DNA of 64,000 nucleotides from an uncultured Planctomycetota bacterium (GCA_963823665.1 CAWGMQ010000005.1:480001-544000); one strand, 5' to 3'. Positions 43,738 to 54,823 are shown, numbered from the stretch's first letter. Numbers and translations are program-made. Notes: generated from the letters alone by a model not told the origin.

Positions 43738-46701
43738 GTGCCGATGCCACGCCGCCCTGATGCACCCCGCGACCTGCTCCTCGGCCTGCTCGCGCTCGAC
43801 AACGGCATCGTCGCCCGCGACCAGCTTCTCACCGCCTTCGACACATGGACCGCGTCCGATCGCCCGATGGCCGAGATCCTCACCGAGCAAGGGGCCCTGA
43901 GCCCCACGCGCCGCGCCCAGCTCGAGACCCTCGCTGCCGAGCACCTCGCCACCCACAGCCATGACCCCGCCAAGAGCCCTGCGACGCTCGACCTGAACAG
44001 CACGACCCAGGCAGACCATTTGCCCGCTGAAGGGTCAGGCATCGACGCCACAATCGTCCACATCAGCGGCAACTCGGGAGCCGACGCCAACGACCGCGAC
44101 GCCACCTTCACACTCCGCACCACCGCGGCCGGCAGCGAGCGCTTTCGCGTCCTGAGACCGCACGCCCGCGGCGGGCTCGGGGCCGTCTTCGTAGCGCTCG
44201 ACAAGGAACTGAAGCGCGAGGTGGCACTGAAGCAGCTCCTGGACCGCCACGCCGATGACCCTGTCAGCCGCATGCGCTTCCTGGCCGAGGCCGAGATCAC
44301 CGGCGGGCTCGAACACCCGGGGATCGTGCCCGTCTACTCGCTCGGGTCAGACGGCGACGGCCGCCCCTACTACGCAATGCGCCTCATCCGCGGCGACAAC
44401 CTCCAGGAGGCAATCGATCAGTTCCACGCGGATACCACGCTCAAGCTGGACCCGGGCCGCCGTTCGCTCGAGCTGCGCAAACTACTGCGCCGCTTCCTCG
44501 ACGTCTGTAATGCCCTTGAATATGCCCACAGCCACGGCGTGCTCCACCGGGACATCAAACCCGGCAACATCATCGTCGGCCGGCACGGCGAGACCCTTGT
44601 CGTCGACTGGGGACTGGCCAAGCACATCGGCGAAGTCCAGCCGTCGCACGATCCAACCGAGCAGGCGCTCATGCCCGGTTCGGCATCCGGCAGCGCCGAG
44701 ACACTCCCCGGCACGGCGATGGGAACGCCGGCCTACATGAGCCCCGAGCAGGCCGCGGGTGACCTCGACCGGCTCGAGCCGCGCTCCGATGTGTACTCGC
44801 TCGGCGCCACGCTCTATAGCGTGATCACCGGCAAGCCCCCGTTCGACGGCGAGGTACGCGAGGTCCTCCGCAAGGTCAAGAGCGGCGAGTTCCTCCCGCC
44901 ACGGCAGATCGACCCGGCGATCGACCGCGCCCTCGAAGCCATCTGCTGCAAGGCGATGGCCGTGAAGGGCGAGGATCGCTATTCGTCGTGCACGGCGCTG
45001 GCCGACGACGTCGAGCGGTGGATGGCCAACGAGCCCGTCTCGGCCTACCGCGAGCCCTGGACGCGCGCCCTCAGCCGCTGGCTGACCCGGCACCGCACGG
45101 GCGTGACCGCGGTGGCGGCGGCCTTGCTGGCAGGCCTGCTCGGGCTGACGGCCTTGGCCGTCCAGCAGGCCCAGTCAAACGCGGCGCTCAAGCTTGCCAA
45201 TGGCGCGACCCTCGACGCGCTCGGCCAGGCGCGCCAGGCCGGCGATGCAGCCCGGGCCGCCCTGGTCCTGTCGGAACTGTCGCGCAAAGAGGCCGAGGCC
45301 GTGAGCGACTTCATGGTCGACGCGCTCAAGAAGCCCGACCCCTCGGTTGACGGCAAGGACGCCAAGGTGGCCGACGTGCTCGATCAGGCGGCAAGAGCGC
45401 TCGAGCAAGGGTTCGCCGGTTCGGCCCAGAGCCAGGGAGCACTGCTTGACGCTCTGGGCCGGTCGTACCTCGGATTGGGGCTGTACCAGAAGGCCGAAGA
45501 ATCCCACCGCAAAGCGCTCGAAACGCGTGAGAAAGCGCTCGGGCCAGCGCACGGCGAGACCCTCCGCAGTGCGACGCGTCACGCCGCGGCGGTGTGGTAC
45601 GCCGGCCGGCACGCCGAGGCGCTCTCGCTCCTGGAGCAGGCGCTGGCCCGGCAGCGCGAAGTGCTCGGGTTCGATGACGACGTCACGCTCGAAACCCGAG
45701 ACTGCCTCGGCTGGCGATACACCGCCATCGGCCGGGCCGACAAGGGGATTGCGATGCTTCGCGCAGTGGTTGACGCGCGCGAGTCAAAGCTCGGCCCGGA
45801 CCACCCCGATACGCTCACCAGCCGCAACAACCTCGCCGCGGTCTACTCCCTCGCCGGCCGGAACGACGACGCGATTCCCCTGCTCGAGGCGACGCTCCGT
45901 CAGAAGGAGCTAGCGCTCGGGCCCAACCACCCCGACACCCTCGCCAGCCGCAGCAATCTCGCCAGCGTCTACCACTCCGCCGGCCGGTACGCCCACGCGA
46001 TCCGCTTGCACGCCGAGACGCTCGGGCAGAAGGAGTCAAAGCTCGGCCCCGACCACCCCGACACGCTCATCAGCCGGATTCAGCTCGCGAGCGCGTATCA
46101 ATCGGCCGGCCAGTACGCCGACGCCATCGGCCTGCACCAGGCGACGCTCAAAGCGAGTGAGTCGAGACTCGGCCCCGGCCACCCCGACACGCTCACCAGC
46201 CGCGTGTCGCTCGCCGGTGCGTACGAGGCGCTAGGCCGCTGGCCCGAAGCCGAGGTCCTACGGCGCGAGAATCTGGCCCTCCGCCGTGCGCGCGAGAAGC
46301 CCGACAGCCCAGTGCTTGGCAGCGACCTTGTCGACCTCGGCCGCAACCTCTTGAAACAGGGGAAGGGCTCCGAGGCCGAGCCGCTCTTGCGCACCTGCCT
46401 GGCAATCCGGGAGAAGGCGATCCCCGACGACTGGCGGCGATTCTTGACGATGAGTCTGCTCGGCGGGGCGATCTTGGAAGAGGGTCGACACGCGGAAGCC
46501 GAGCCGCTCGTCGTCGCCGGCTACGAGGGGCTCAAGTTCCGCGAGGCGAAGATGCCCGCCGCAAGCAAGGTCTTGCTGCTTGAAGCGGCCGGGCAGGTGG
46601 TGAGGCTGTACAAAGAGTGGGGAAAGCCCGAGCAGGCCCAGTCGTGGGCCACGAAAGTCGGCCTGGCCGATCTGCCCGCCGACGTGTTTGCAAAACCGTG
46701 A
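43738..46701 (+). CDS. Membrane Ser/Thr kinase with 42-aa TPR repeats (LGPDHPDTL)
   Basis: HARGGLGAV, HRDIKPGN, DWGLAK, GTPAYMSPE; kinesin-light-chain-type TPRs. Confidence 0.95.
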   Translation: MPMPRRPDAPRDLLLGLLALDNGIVARDQLLTAFDTWTASDRPMAEILTEQGALSPTRRAQLETLAAEHLATHSHDPAKSPATLDLNSTTQADHLPAEGSGIDATIVHISGNSGADANDRDATFTLRTTAAGSERFRVLRPHARGGLGAVFVALDKELKREVALKQLLDRHADDPVSRMRFLAEAEITGGLEHPGIVPVYSLGSDGDGRPYYAMRLIRGDNLQEAIDQFHADTTLKLDPGRRSLELRKLLRRFLDVCNALEYAHSHGVLHRDIKPGNIIVGRHGETLVVDWGLAKHIGEVQPSHDPTEQALMPGSASGSAETLPGTAMGTPAYMSPEQAAGDLDRLEPRSDVYSLGATLYSVITGKPPFDGEVREVLRKVKSGEFLPPRQIDPAIDRALEAICCKAMAVKGEDRYSSCTALADDVERWMANEPVSAYREPWTRALSRWLTRHRTGVTAVAAALLAGLLGLTALAVQQAQSNAALKLANGATLDALGQARQAGDAARAALVLSELSRKEAEAVSDFMVDALKKPDPSVDGKDAKVADVLDQAARALEQGFAGSAQSQGALLDALGRSYLGLGLYQKAEESHRKALETREKALGPAHGETLRSATRHAAAVWYAGRHAEALSLLEQALARQREVLGFDDDVTLETRDCLGWRYTAIGRADKGIAMLRAVVDARESKLGPDHPDTLTSRNNLAAVYSLAGRNDDAIPLLEATLRQKELALGPNHPDTLASRSNLASVYHSAGRYAHAIRLHAETLGQKESKLGPDHPDTLISRIQLASAYQSAGQYADAIGLHQATLKASESRLGPGHPDTLTSRVSLAGAYEALGRWPEAEVLRRENLALRRAREKPDSPVLGSDLVDLGRNLLKQGKGSEAEPLLRTCLAIREKAIPDDWRRFLTMSLLGGAILEEGRHAEAEPLVVAGYEGLKFREAKMPAASKVLLLEAAGQVVRLYKEWGKPEQAQSWATKVGLADLPADVFAKP

Positions 46702-46810
46702 GCGGATCCAGCTCGGAATCGGTTTAACGAGGAAATGATCGAAGTCACCCCCCATCGCGCGCGACCGGGTGTCTTCGGATGCAAAGGCCGTGAGAGCGAC
46801 GAGGGTCATT
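46700..46810 (-). pseudogene. C-terminal remnant of a response-regulator receiver
   Basis: LVALTAFASEDTRSRAMGGDFDHFLVKP resembles the C-terminus of the 60712..61164 protein. Confidence 0.55.
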
Positions 46811-47081
46811 GTCTTGGGACGCGAAAAAGGTGCCAGGAACCTTTGTCCACACTCTGGACTTCCTGCTCGTTAATCGCATCTTGCGCCACACCCGCCCCCA
46901 AATTCCGCCGGTCTCCCCGCCAGGCATCAACCCAGCCCCGACCGTCGAGCTAATGTGGACCGTTCCCTTCTAAAGCCCTCAGGCTCGTTCACCATCTCAT
47001 TACCTCCAAGTCCAGGTTGCAACGCGCGTTCTTTTAGAGTCTCTTCGTCGTCGTCGTCTTCTATACATAGCGCAAAGTCTA

Positions 47082-47110
47082 TTGACTGATCATAGCCTTT
47101 AAGCTATACT
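47082..47110 (+). promoter_or_regulatory. Sigma70 promoter of the TA operon with overlapping inverted-repeat operator
   Basis: TTGACT-N17-TATACT; ATAGC-N6-GCTAT at 47092-47107; ATG starts 7 nt after the -10. Confidence 0.8.
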
Positions 47111-47116
47111 TGCGGC

Positions 47117-47489
47117 ATGTGGGAAGTAGCGACGACGGCCGAGTTCGACGACTGGTTCGCCGATCTGGGCGAAGACGCGCAGGTCGAACTCATCGCCAAG
47201 GTAGGGTTTGCTGAGGCTGTTGGGTCCGCAACTCGGGCGACCGCATGCGGACACGCTCAACGATTCAAAGCACTCCAACATGAAAGAACTTCGGGCGGAC
47301 ACGAGGGATCAGGTGTTGCGCGTCGCTTTCGCATTCGATCCCGATCGGTCGGCAATCTTGCTTCTGGGCGGCAACAAGTCCGGCGTCAGCCAGAAGCGCT
47401 TCTACAAGCAACTGATCGCCAGGGCGGACGCCCTATACGACGAGCACCTAAAGAAGATCGCCGCGCGAAAGAAAGGCAAGGGAAAGTAG
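47117..47489 (+). CDS. RelE/HigB-family toxin (frameshift ~47205)
   Basis: MWEVATTAEFDDWF + GPQLGRPHADTL..MKELR..LRVAFAFDP.R.AILLLGGNK. Confidence 0.88.
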
Positions 47490-47490
47490 C

Positions 47491-47829
47491 ATGGCTAAAT
47501 CATTCGACGAACTGGTCAAGCGCACGACTACGAAAAAGACGCGTGACCGTGCGGCTGCTCGCACGGGGGAGCTCCTGGACGAGTTGCTGCTCAGTGAAAT
47601 CCGTGAGCAGGCGGGCAAGAGCCAGCGGCAAGTCGCCGACGCGCTGGGCATCAAGCAACCGAGCCTGTCGAAGCTGGAGAAGCAATCCGACATGCAAATT
47701 TCGACCCTGCGCCGCATCGTGAACGCACTGGGCGGGGAGTTGGAAGTCTCCGCGAGGTTCCCCGTGGGAACCGTGAAGATCGAGCCGTTCAATCCCAGAT
47801 CTCCCGCAGCCGCTCGGCGTGCTCGTTGA
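47491..47829 (+). CDS. XRE-family HTH antitoxin
   Basis: SQRQVADALGIKQPSLSKLEKQSDMQISTLRRIVNALGG. Confidence 0.9.
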   Translation: MAKSFDELVKRTTTKKTRDRAAARTGELLDELLLSEIREQAGKSQRQVADALGIKQPSLSKLEKQSDMQISTLRRIVNALGGELEVSARFPVGTVKIEPFNPRSPAAARRAR

Positions 47830-48667
47830 AGCGGAACTTCTCCCGTTCCTTGCGGGGCTGCCGAACATCGCATACTCCCAGTCGAAGTACACTTTGAGGA
47901 ATTTGTTTAGATACCAGTTGAAGCCGACGTCGACCATCTGGGCTTCATTCGAGCAAATTGAGGCTGCCGAAGGATTCCTGGAATGAGAACTCGTATGAGA
48001 ATGGCCTGGTGAGGTGCCCGTAAAAGTAGACGCGGGTCCGAGGGCTCGTGATGCCGCTGCTGGCATAATCCTGATTCGGGTTTGCATAGATCCGCGCGTC
48101 GAGCTGCTGCATCGCACGGATGCCGAAGTTGAACTCGTCGTCGTCCGTACCCCACCGGAGCCCGTCGTTGGCGTAGTCGTAGTAGCCGCCCGCCAGCGAT
48201 AACTTGCCGAGTTGCCGATTTCCAATGACCTGGGCGCGCCCGGTCGTCGTCGGGTCGCCGCCGCCGGATGCCGACCCACCCCCGAGTGACGACGATATCG
48301 AGTACGATGTTCCGCCCCCGCCGACGAAGCCGCCGCCCTCGCCCACGTCGGGCCGCGGATCGATGGATGTAGGAGGGAACGGCTGACTCTGGTTCCGATT
48401 CGCAGACTTGAGCTCCTCGACCTCGTGTGAGAGCTCTGCGTTCTGCTTCGTCACCTCGTCGAGACGTTGCTCCATCCTCTGGAGGCGATCGAGCAGCTCT
48501 TGCTGGACATTCGAAGGAGAAACGGCTGTCGGTGGCAGGGCGTCAACCGGCGGAATGGGCGGCGATCCCCCCTGGCCCATGGCGCCACCGCACCAGCCAG
48601 CGAGCGTCCAGACCAGGGTCATCATCGAAAGCCAGCGAGACCTGCCGGAATCGATGATCCGAACCAT
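47830..48667 (-). pseudogene. Internally deleted OprO/OprP-like anion porin gene
   Basis: Signal peptide, coiled coil, RAMQQLDAR..RTRVYFYG..YEFSFQ, then jumps to the C-terminal strands VDVGFNWYLNKFLKVYFDWEYAMFG. Confidence 0.7.
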
Positions 48668-49023
48668 TGGGATTCCCACCTGTCCGACTTATCGCGGAGA
48701 GCCGCACCGATCGGGCCAGGTTCTGGATCGCAGGAGGACAAAGATCTGAATTATATCCCGGGTGGGAAACGGGCTGGGATGTGCGATCCTATTCGCCTGC
48801 GTGGATGTTACCATTTGCTCTGAAACGAGCGATTTGGCGCGGGACCGCGGCCGCGAATTGACACATCTTCGTTATCGTCGACCTTGCGCACTGCCTTCAG
48901 CAAAAAATGCCAGTCGTGACGATTTTTCCGGATGCCAGGGTCTCGCGGAACGTGCCTTCGGGGCGTTTGCGATTCCTCCCCTGCACTGAGCTGCCGGGCG
49001 ACCCCATTCGAGAACGTCGACCT

Positions 49024-50199
49024 TCAAGTCCCATCCTTGGACGCGATGAACACGTCGCGGCGGGGGAACCGCTCGAACTGCGAAGCCGGCCTACCGAAGT
49101 TGGTGGCGAGCACGTCGGGCGGATTGCCGGCGATCCATTCCGACAGATCGATCTCCTCGTAGACCCCGGAGTTGAACCCGATGAGGACGCGGCACTTCCC
49201 GTCGCCAACGTTTTCGATCGAGTGCCCGTACCCTTGCGGGGAGAAACCGACGTCACCCTTCTCGAACGTCTCCGTCCGGTAGCGCCCGCCCGACCCGAAC
49301 AGTGTCATGCTGACCTTACCCTCGAGGATGTACTGCCACTCGTCGGCGCTGGGGTGCCAGTGCAACTCCCTCAGCGCACCGGGCTCGAGTTCGAGGACCG
49401 CGCCTGCCATGGTCTTGGAGATGGGAAACTTGGTGGAATCGACCAGCCACAGCCGGCCTCCCTTGTTGTTGACGCGCGGGTCGTTGGCGAGGAGCTGCCA
49501 CTTGTGCGTCGATGGCGGCTGTTTCGGGCCCGCGAGCGGGTCAGCCGCCCGCTTGGGCGGCACCGTGCCCCGCGCGAAATACACCTCCTTCTTCGGGAAC
49601 CCATCGAAGGCCGATTCGGGGAGGCCGAAGTTCTTCGCCAACAGCGCGCTGGGAGCGTGGCCCATCCAGTCGGTGATGCTGAAAGTGCCGAACTCGGAGA
49701 AGTAGCCGTTGTCGAAGATCAGGACGAAGTGGCACGGCTCGTGGCCGAGGCACTCCAGCATGTGGCCGTGGCCGCGCGGGAAATACCACACGTCCCCCGG
49801 CTCGAAGTCATTCGTCTCCGTGTACCCCCCCGGGCCGAGGACGGTCGTCCGGACTCGTCCCTTGTCCACGAACGCCCACTCGGCTGCGGTGGCATGCCAG
49901 TGGAGCTCGCGCATGGCGCCCGGGGCCAGCGTCATCGAAACCCCGGCGATCCCCTTCGAGATCGGAAGCTGCTTGACCGTGGCCTCTCTGGCTTCGCTGC
50001 CGTCGCTGATCTTCCCTTTCGACTTCTCCAGCTCGAACTTGAATGTCGGCAGCTCTTCACCCGCGAGTAGCGGGTCCGGGACGTTGTTCATGAAGCTCGG
50101 ATCGCCGGCCTCGGCAGCCCTCGGGCTCGCCAGCGCCGCGGCAGCCGCGGCGCTGAGCCCCGCACCCGCCAGGAATTCACGCCTCTGCAACTTGGACAT
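49024..50199 (-). CDS. Oxalate decarboxylase-family Mn bicupin with Tat signal
   Basis: QRREFL Tat motif; two RELHWH..EW metal motifs; GDVWYFPRGHGH; lid segment FSEFGTF retains Glu. Confidence 0.9.
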   Translation of the reverse strand: MSKLQRREFLAGAGLSAAAAAALASPRAAEAGDPSFMNNVPDPLLAGEELPTFKFELEKSKGKISDGSEAREATVKQLPISKGIAGVSMTLAPGAMRELHWHATAAEWAFVDKGRVRTTVLGPGGYTETNDFEPGDVWYFPRGHGHMLECLGHEPCHFVLIFDNGYFSEFGTFSITDWMGHAPSALLAKNFGLPESAFDGFPKKEVYFARGTVPPKRAADPLAGPKQPPSTHKWQLLANDPRVNNKGGRLWLVDSTKFPISKTMAGAVLELEPGALRELHWHPSADEWQYILEGKVSMTLFGSGGRYRTETFEKGDVGFSPQGYGHSIENVGDGKCRVLIGFNSGVYEEIDLSEWIAGNPPDVLATNFGRPASQFERFPRRDVFIASKDGT

Positions 50200-50381
50200 G
50201 GGAAGTCTCCTTGGTTGATCCGTGTGTGGGATGGGCACGGAGAGACTGCGATCAAAAGCGCCCGCTAATCGAGGATGCGTCACCCGCATTCGGCCGCCTG
50301 GTCTGTCTCCAGACGCACGATGACTGGGGCCTCCGCTAGTTACCTGGACAAGGAGTATCACAAATAACGAGGGAGCGTCCT

Positions 50382-50397
50382 TGCAACACTTGTACCG
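50382..50397 (-). promoter_or_regulatory. Candidate sigma54 -24/-12 promoter for the bicupin gene
   Basis: Minus strand CGGTACAAGTGTTGCA (GG-N10-GC). Confidence 0.5.
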
Positions 50398-50468
50398 CGG
50401 AGGTCTTGCGGTGGCAAGGAGGGGAGTTACGCCGACCAGTTTCTCAGAGTTCGACGAAGCACGCGCAC

Positions 50469-50485
50469 TTGGCACGAGAAATGCC
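50469..50485 (+). promoter_or_regulatory. Candidate sigma54 -24/-12 promoter for the fdhD-FDH-cyd operon
   Basis: TTGGCACGAGAAATGCC (TGGCACG, GG-N10-GC) ~120 bp upstream of fdhD. Confidence 0.7.
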
Positions 50486-50605
50486 CTCTGCGCTCCCATC
50501 ACGATCCGCATCGTGATTGTCGAGCGGCCACTTGATCAGTCCGCACACCGACCATACGCTGATGAAGCACGTCGTCGTCGAGATCACAGCGTCGGGGGCG
50601 GAATC

Positions 50606-51466
50606 ATGATCAAGATCTGCCGCAGGACGGGCGTTGCGAGCGTCGAAGTGGGGCGAGTGACCGGATCGCTCTGCGTGCCCTCGTCCGACGAGCTCTCGGT
50701 GGAGGAACCGCTGGAGATCCGCCTGGCGGCTCAGCCCGCGGACGCCGCGCCGACCTCGGTCGCCGTGACGATGCGGACGCCAGGCGACGACGTGGACCTG
50801 GCGGCTGGCTTTCTCTTCACCGAGGGAATCATCGCCGGGGCCGCAGATATCGAGAGCATCAGGCGAGCCGGCGTGAACGCCGTGGAGGCGAAACTTCGGC
50901 CTGGCGTCGTCCTGGACGCGGCCAGACTCGACCGTCACTCGTTCGTCTCTTCGAGCTGTGGCGCGTGCGGCAAGCGGTCGATTGCCGCGGTTCGCGTGGC
51001 GAGCCGCCACCCGATCACCCCGGGATTGCCGCGCTTGTCGCCCGAGGTGATTCACGGCCTGCCGCGGGCGCTCCGAATTAGCCAGTCAGCGTTTGCACGG
51101 ACGGGCGGCATCCACGCCTCGGGCCTCTTCGATGCTGAGGGCCGTCTGCTCGTGCTCCGGGAGGACGTCGGCCGCCACAACGCCCTGGACAAGCTGATCG
51201 GCTCCGAGCTGCTCGCCGGGCGCATCCCGCTGACGGGCGGGATAGTCCTGGTCAGCGGCCGGGTGAGCTTCGAGCTGGTACAGAAGGCGGCGATCGCCGG
51301 CGTCCCGGTGCTCGGGGCCGTCGGGGCCCCGTCAAGTCTGGCGGTCGACCTGGCCCGCGAGTGCGGGATGACGCTGCTCGGCTTCGTCCGCGATGCGCGC
51401 TTCAACGTCTACTCCGATTCCGGCCGGATCGATCCGGCCTACAACCTGACCCATTCCGCGTCGTGA
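50606..51466 (+). CDS. fdhD: Formate dehydrogenase accessory sulfurtransferase
   Basis: EEPLEIR, MRTPG.D..LAAGFLFTEG, SSCGACG, TGGIH, REDVGRHNALDKLIG. Confidence 0.96.
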   Translation: MIKICRRTGVASVEVGRVTGSLCVPSSDELSVEEPLEIRLAAQPADAAPTSVAVTMRTPGDDVDLAAGFLFTEGIIAGAADIESIRRAGVNAVEAKLRPGVVLDAARLDRHSFVSSSCGACGKRSIAAVRVASRHPITPGLPRLSPEVIHGLPRALRISQSAFARTGGIHASGLFDAEGRLLVLREDVGRHNALDKLIGSELLAGRIPLTGGIVLVSGRVSFELVQKAAIAGVPVLGAVGAPSSLAVDLARECGMTLLGFVRDARFNVYSDSGRIDPAYNLTHSAS

Positions 51467-51473
51467 GGTAATC

Positions 51474-54400
51474 ATGTTCAAACTTCCTTTCGTGGCCCGC
51501 TCGCAACCGTCGCGACCCCAGAACCAGCCCCTCAGCCCCCGGACTGCGGAGAAGTCCTCGCGGCTGCGCGGCGCGACCGTCACGGACGGGCTCTGTCCCT
51601 ACTGTGCCGTTGGCTGCAGCCAGCTCCTCTACACCAAGGCCGGCCAGCTCATTGACATCGAAGGCGACCCGCGTAGCCCGATCAACGAAGGCACTCTCTG
51701 CCCAAAGGGCTCGAACGCGTTGCTCCTGGCCCTCAACCCGCATCGCATGAAATCCGTGCTCTATCGGGCTCCCTACTCCGACAAATGGGAGACCAAGACC
51801 CTCGACTGGGCGCTCGACCAGATCGCCCAGCGGGTCAAGGCGGCGAGAGATGCCGACTTCACGGTGCGCGATGAGGCAGGTCGCACGCTCAATTCGGTCA
51901 GGAACATGGGGTCGCTCGGCGGTGCAACGTTGAACGTCGAAGACAACTACCTGATCAAGAAGCTGTTCTGCGGCGGGCTGGGAGTGGTCTCGGTCGAGAA
52001 CCAGGCCCGAACTTGACACTCCGCCTCGGTGCCCGGTCTGGGCGCCTCGCTCGGCCGCGGTGCGGCCACCAATTATCAGCAGGATCTGCCGAACAGCGAT
52101 TGCATCCTGTTCATGGGCTCGAACATGGCAGAGGCCCACCCCGTCGGGTTCCGCTGGCCCATGAAGGCCAAGGAACACGGCGCCACGTTGATCCACGTCG
52201 ACCCGCACTTCTCGCGGACGTCGGCGCTCTGCGACCTGTACGTCCCGATCCGGGCCGGCTCCGACATCGCGTTCTTGGGCGGCATGATCAACTACGTCCT
52301 GACCCACGAGCGCTGGTTCAAGGAATACGTCCTCCATTACACCAACGCGGCGACGCTGATCCAGGAGGGCTTCCAGGACACCGAGGACCTGGGCGGTCTG
52401 TTCAGCGGTCTCGACCCGGAAACCGGCGTCTATGACCCGGTGGGCGGACACTGGGGCTACGAGGGCTCGCTTGGTGACCGCGGCAGGCGGGACGGCCGCG
52501 ACGAGGAGCCCGGTGCCGACCGGTCCGACTCCCCGGACATCTCGCCGGAGAACCGCAAGGGAATCCACGGCTACGCCATCGACGGCGGCGCCCAGCCGCA
52601 CGACGCATCGCGGTCGGAGCCGACATCCGAAGTCAACGGCCAGCCGCCACGCGACCCAACCCTGCAGCATCCCCGTTGCGTCTTCCAGATCCTGAAGCGC
52701 CATTTCTCCCGGTACACGCCGGAGATGGTCTCCCAGGTGTGCGGTTGCTCGCCGGAGCAGTTCACGCGCGTTGCCGAGCTTCTCTGCGCCAACTCGGGCC
52801 GCGAGCGGACGAGCGTCCTGGTCTACGCCCTGGGGTGGACGCAGCATGCCGCGGTGCGCAGATGATCCGAGCCGGGGGGATCTTGCAGCTCCTGCTCGGC
52901 AACATCGGCCGTCCGGGTGGCGGTATCCTGGCCATGCGAGGCCATTCCAGCATCCAGGGCTCGACGGACATCGGGACGTTGTATGACGTCCTGCCCGGCT
53001 ATCTGCCCCAGCCCGCGGCCAGCGGGGCCCATGACACGCTCGATTCCTACGTCGCGCGAAGCGGTATGGCCGCCGGCTACTGGTCCCACTTCCGCGATTA
53101 CATCGTCAGCCTGCTCAAGGCGTGGTACGGCGACGCCGCGCGACCCGAGAATGATTTCCGGTACAACTGGCTGCCCCGCATCGAGCGCGATCACTCGCAA
53201 TTGCCGACCTTCAACCGCATGGCCCAGGGCGAGCTGAAGGGCTACTTCCTCTTCGGCCAGAACCCCGGCGGCGGCGGACTGAATGCGGGACTTCACCGCG
53301 CCGGGCTGCGTAACCTGGACTGGCTCGTCGTGGCCGACTGGTTCGAGACCGAGAGCGCCACGTTCTGGAAGAACGACCCAGCCGCACCGCCGCCGTCCGA
53401 GATCAAGACCGAGGTCTTCGTCCTCCCGGCCGCGGCCAATCCGGAGACCGACGGCACGCTGACCAACACCCAGCGGCTGCTCCAGTGGCACACCAAGGCG
53501 ATCGACCCGCCCGGCGACTGCCGCTCCGATTCCTGGTTCGTATACAACCTCGGCAAGCGGCTCAAGCAGCTCTACGCCGGCTCGACCGATCCCAAGGATC
53601 AGCCCCTGCTGAACCTCACCTGGGACTACGACTACGAGGAACAACCGCGGCTCCCCGACGGCTCGATCAGTCGCATCGCGGGTGATGCCGACGCCGAAAA
53701 AATCCTGATGGAGATGAACGGCTACAAGCTCGACGAAATCGACCCACGCACCGGCCGGCCGCGCCTGCTGAAAGGCTTCTCGGAACTTCAGGGCGACGGC
53801 ACCACCGCATGCGGCATCTGGATCTACAGCGGCGTCTTCCCCGAGCCGGGTCGCAACCGGGCGCGGCAGCGCAAGCGATCCGACAACCCGCTCGAGCCGG
53901 ACTGGGGATTCGCCTGGCCCGATAACCGCCGCGTGCTCTTCAACCGCGCGTCGGCCGATCCCGAGGGCCGGCCCTGGTCCCAGCGGAAGAAGCTCGTTTG
54001 GTGGGATGCCGAGAAGAGTCTCTGGGTGGGCCTCGACCGGCCGGATTTCGAGCCGAGCAAGCCGCCCGACTATCGCCCGTCGGCCGGCGCGACCGGCATG
54101 GCGGCCATCGCCGGCGACAATCCGTTCATCATGAAGCCCGACGGCGTCGCCTGGCTCTTCGCCCCAACCGGCGTCAAGGACGGCCCCCTGCCGACGCACT
54201 ACGAGCCCATCGAGTCGCCGGTCAGCAACCTGCTCTATCCCAATCACATGTGTACGCCGGGAGTGCGCCTCTTCCCGGGACCTCGCAATCGTCTGGCACA
54301 TACGCCCGAGACCGAGTTCCCCGTCGTGGCCACCACCTACCGGCTCACCGAGCACTACCTGAGCGGGCCGATGAGCCGGTTCAATTCCTGGCTCAACGAA

Positions 54401-54823
54401 TTGCAGCCCGAGATGTTCATCGAGATGAGCCCGGAGCTGGCCGCCGAGCGCGGGATCATCCACGGCGGCTGGGTGACGGTCACCACGGCGCGGGGCCGCA
54501 TCGACGTGCGCACGATGGTGACCAGGAGGATGCGACCGCTCGTCGTGAGCGGACGAGTGGTCCATCAGGTCGGCCTCCCGTTCCATTGGGGGTTCGCCGG
54601 ACAGGTCGTCGGAGGCAATGCCAACGACCTGACCTCCCTGGTCTGCGAGCAGAACACGAGCATGCACGAGGGAAAGTCTTTTGCCTGCCAGGTCGAGCCT
54701 GGAAGGCGCAACGGGCACACTTTGAAACCGACCGTGTCATTCGTGACCTGGCCCAACCGCAAACCCATACCCGATACGCCCGCCTCGGCCCAGCCGGAAG
54801 GGATATTCACCCATGGGCATTAG
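51474..54823 (+). CDS. Selenocysteine-containing formate dehydrogenase alpha subunit (FdnG/FdoG-like, Mo/W-bis-PGD); Sec TGA at 52014; frameshift ~52852
   Basis: CPYCAVGC..C 4Fe-4S; ENQART-U-HSASV in frame; GSNMAEAHP, MRGHSSIQG, TTYRLTEH, LPFHWG. Confidence 0.92.
52014..52050 (+). promoter_or_regulatory. UGA-Sec codon with bacterial SECIS hairpin
   Basis: TGA + 11 nt, then GGTGCCC-GGTCT-GGGCGCC stem-loop; GGUCU loop resembles E. coli fdhF SECIS. Confidence 0.85.

Noticed and set aside
45780..46200. 126-bp DNA repeats as a separate element
   Set aside because: They simply encode the kinase's 42-aa TPR repeats
46824..46844. AAAGGTGCCAGGAACCTTT palindrome as a terminator or repeat element
   Set aside because: Single short copy in the window; insufficient evidence
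52823..54718. Long antisense or alternate-frame ORFs (here and e.g. 6402..7922, 11857..13395, 56897..58243)
   Set aside because: Shadow ORFs typical of GC-rich coding DNA; no recognisable motifs
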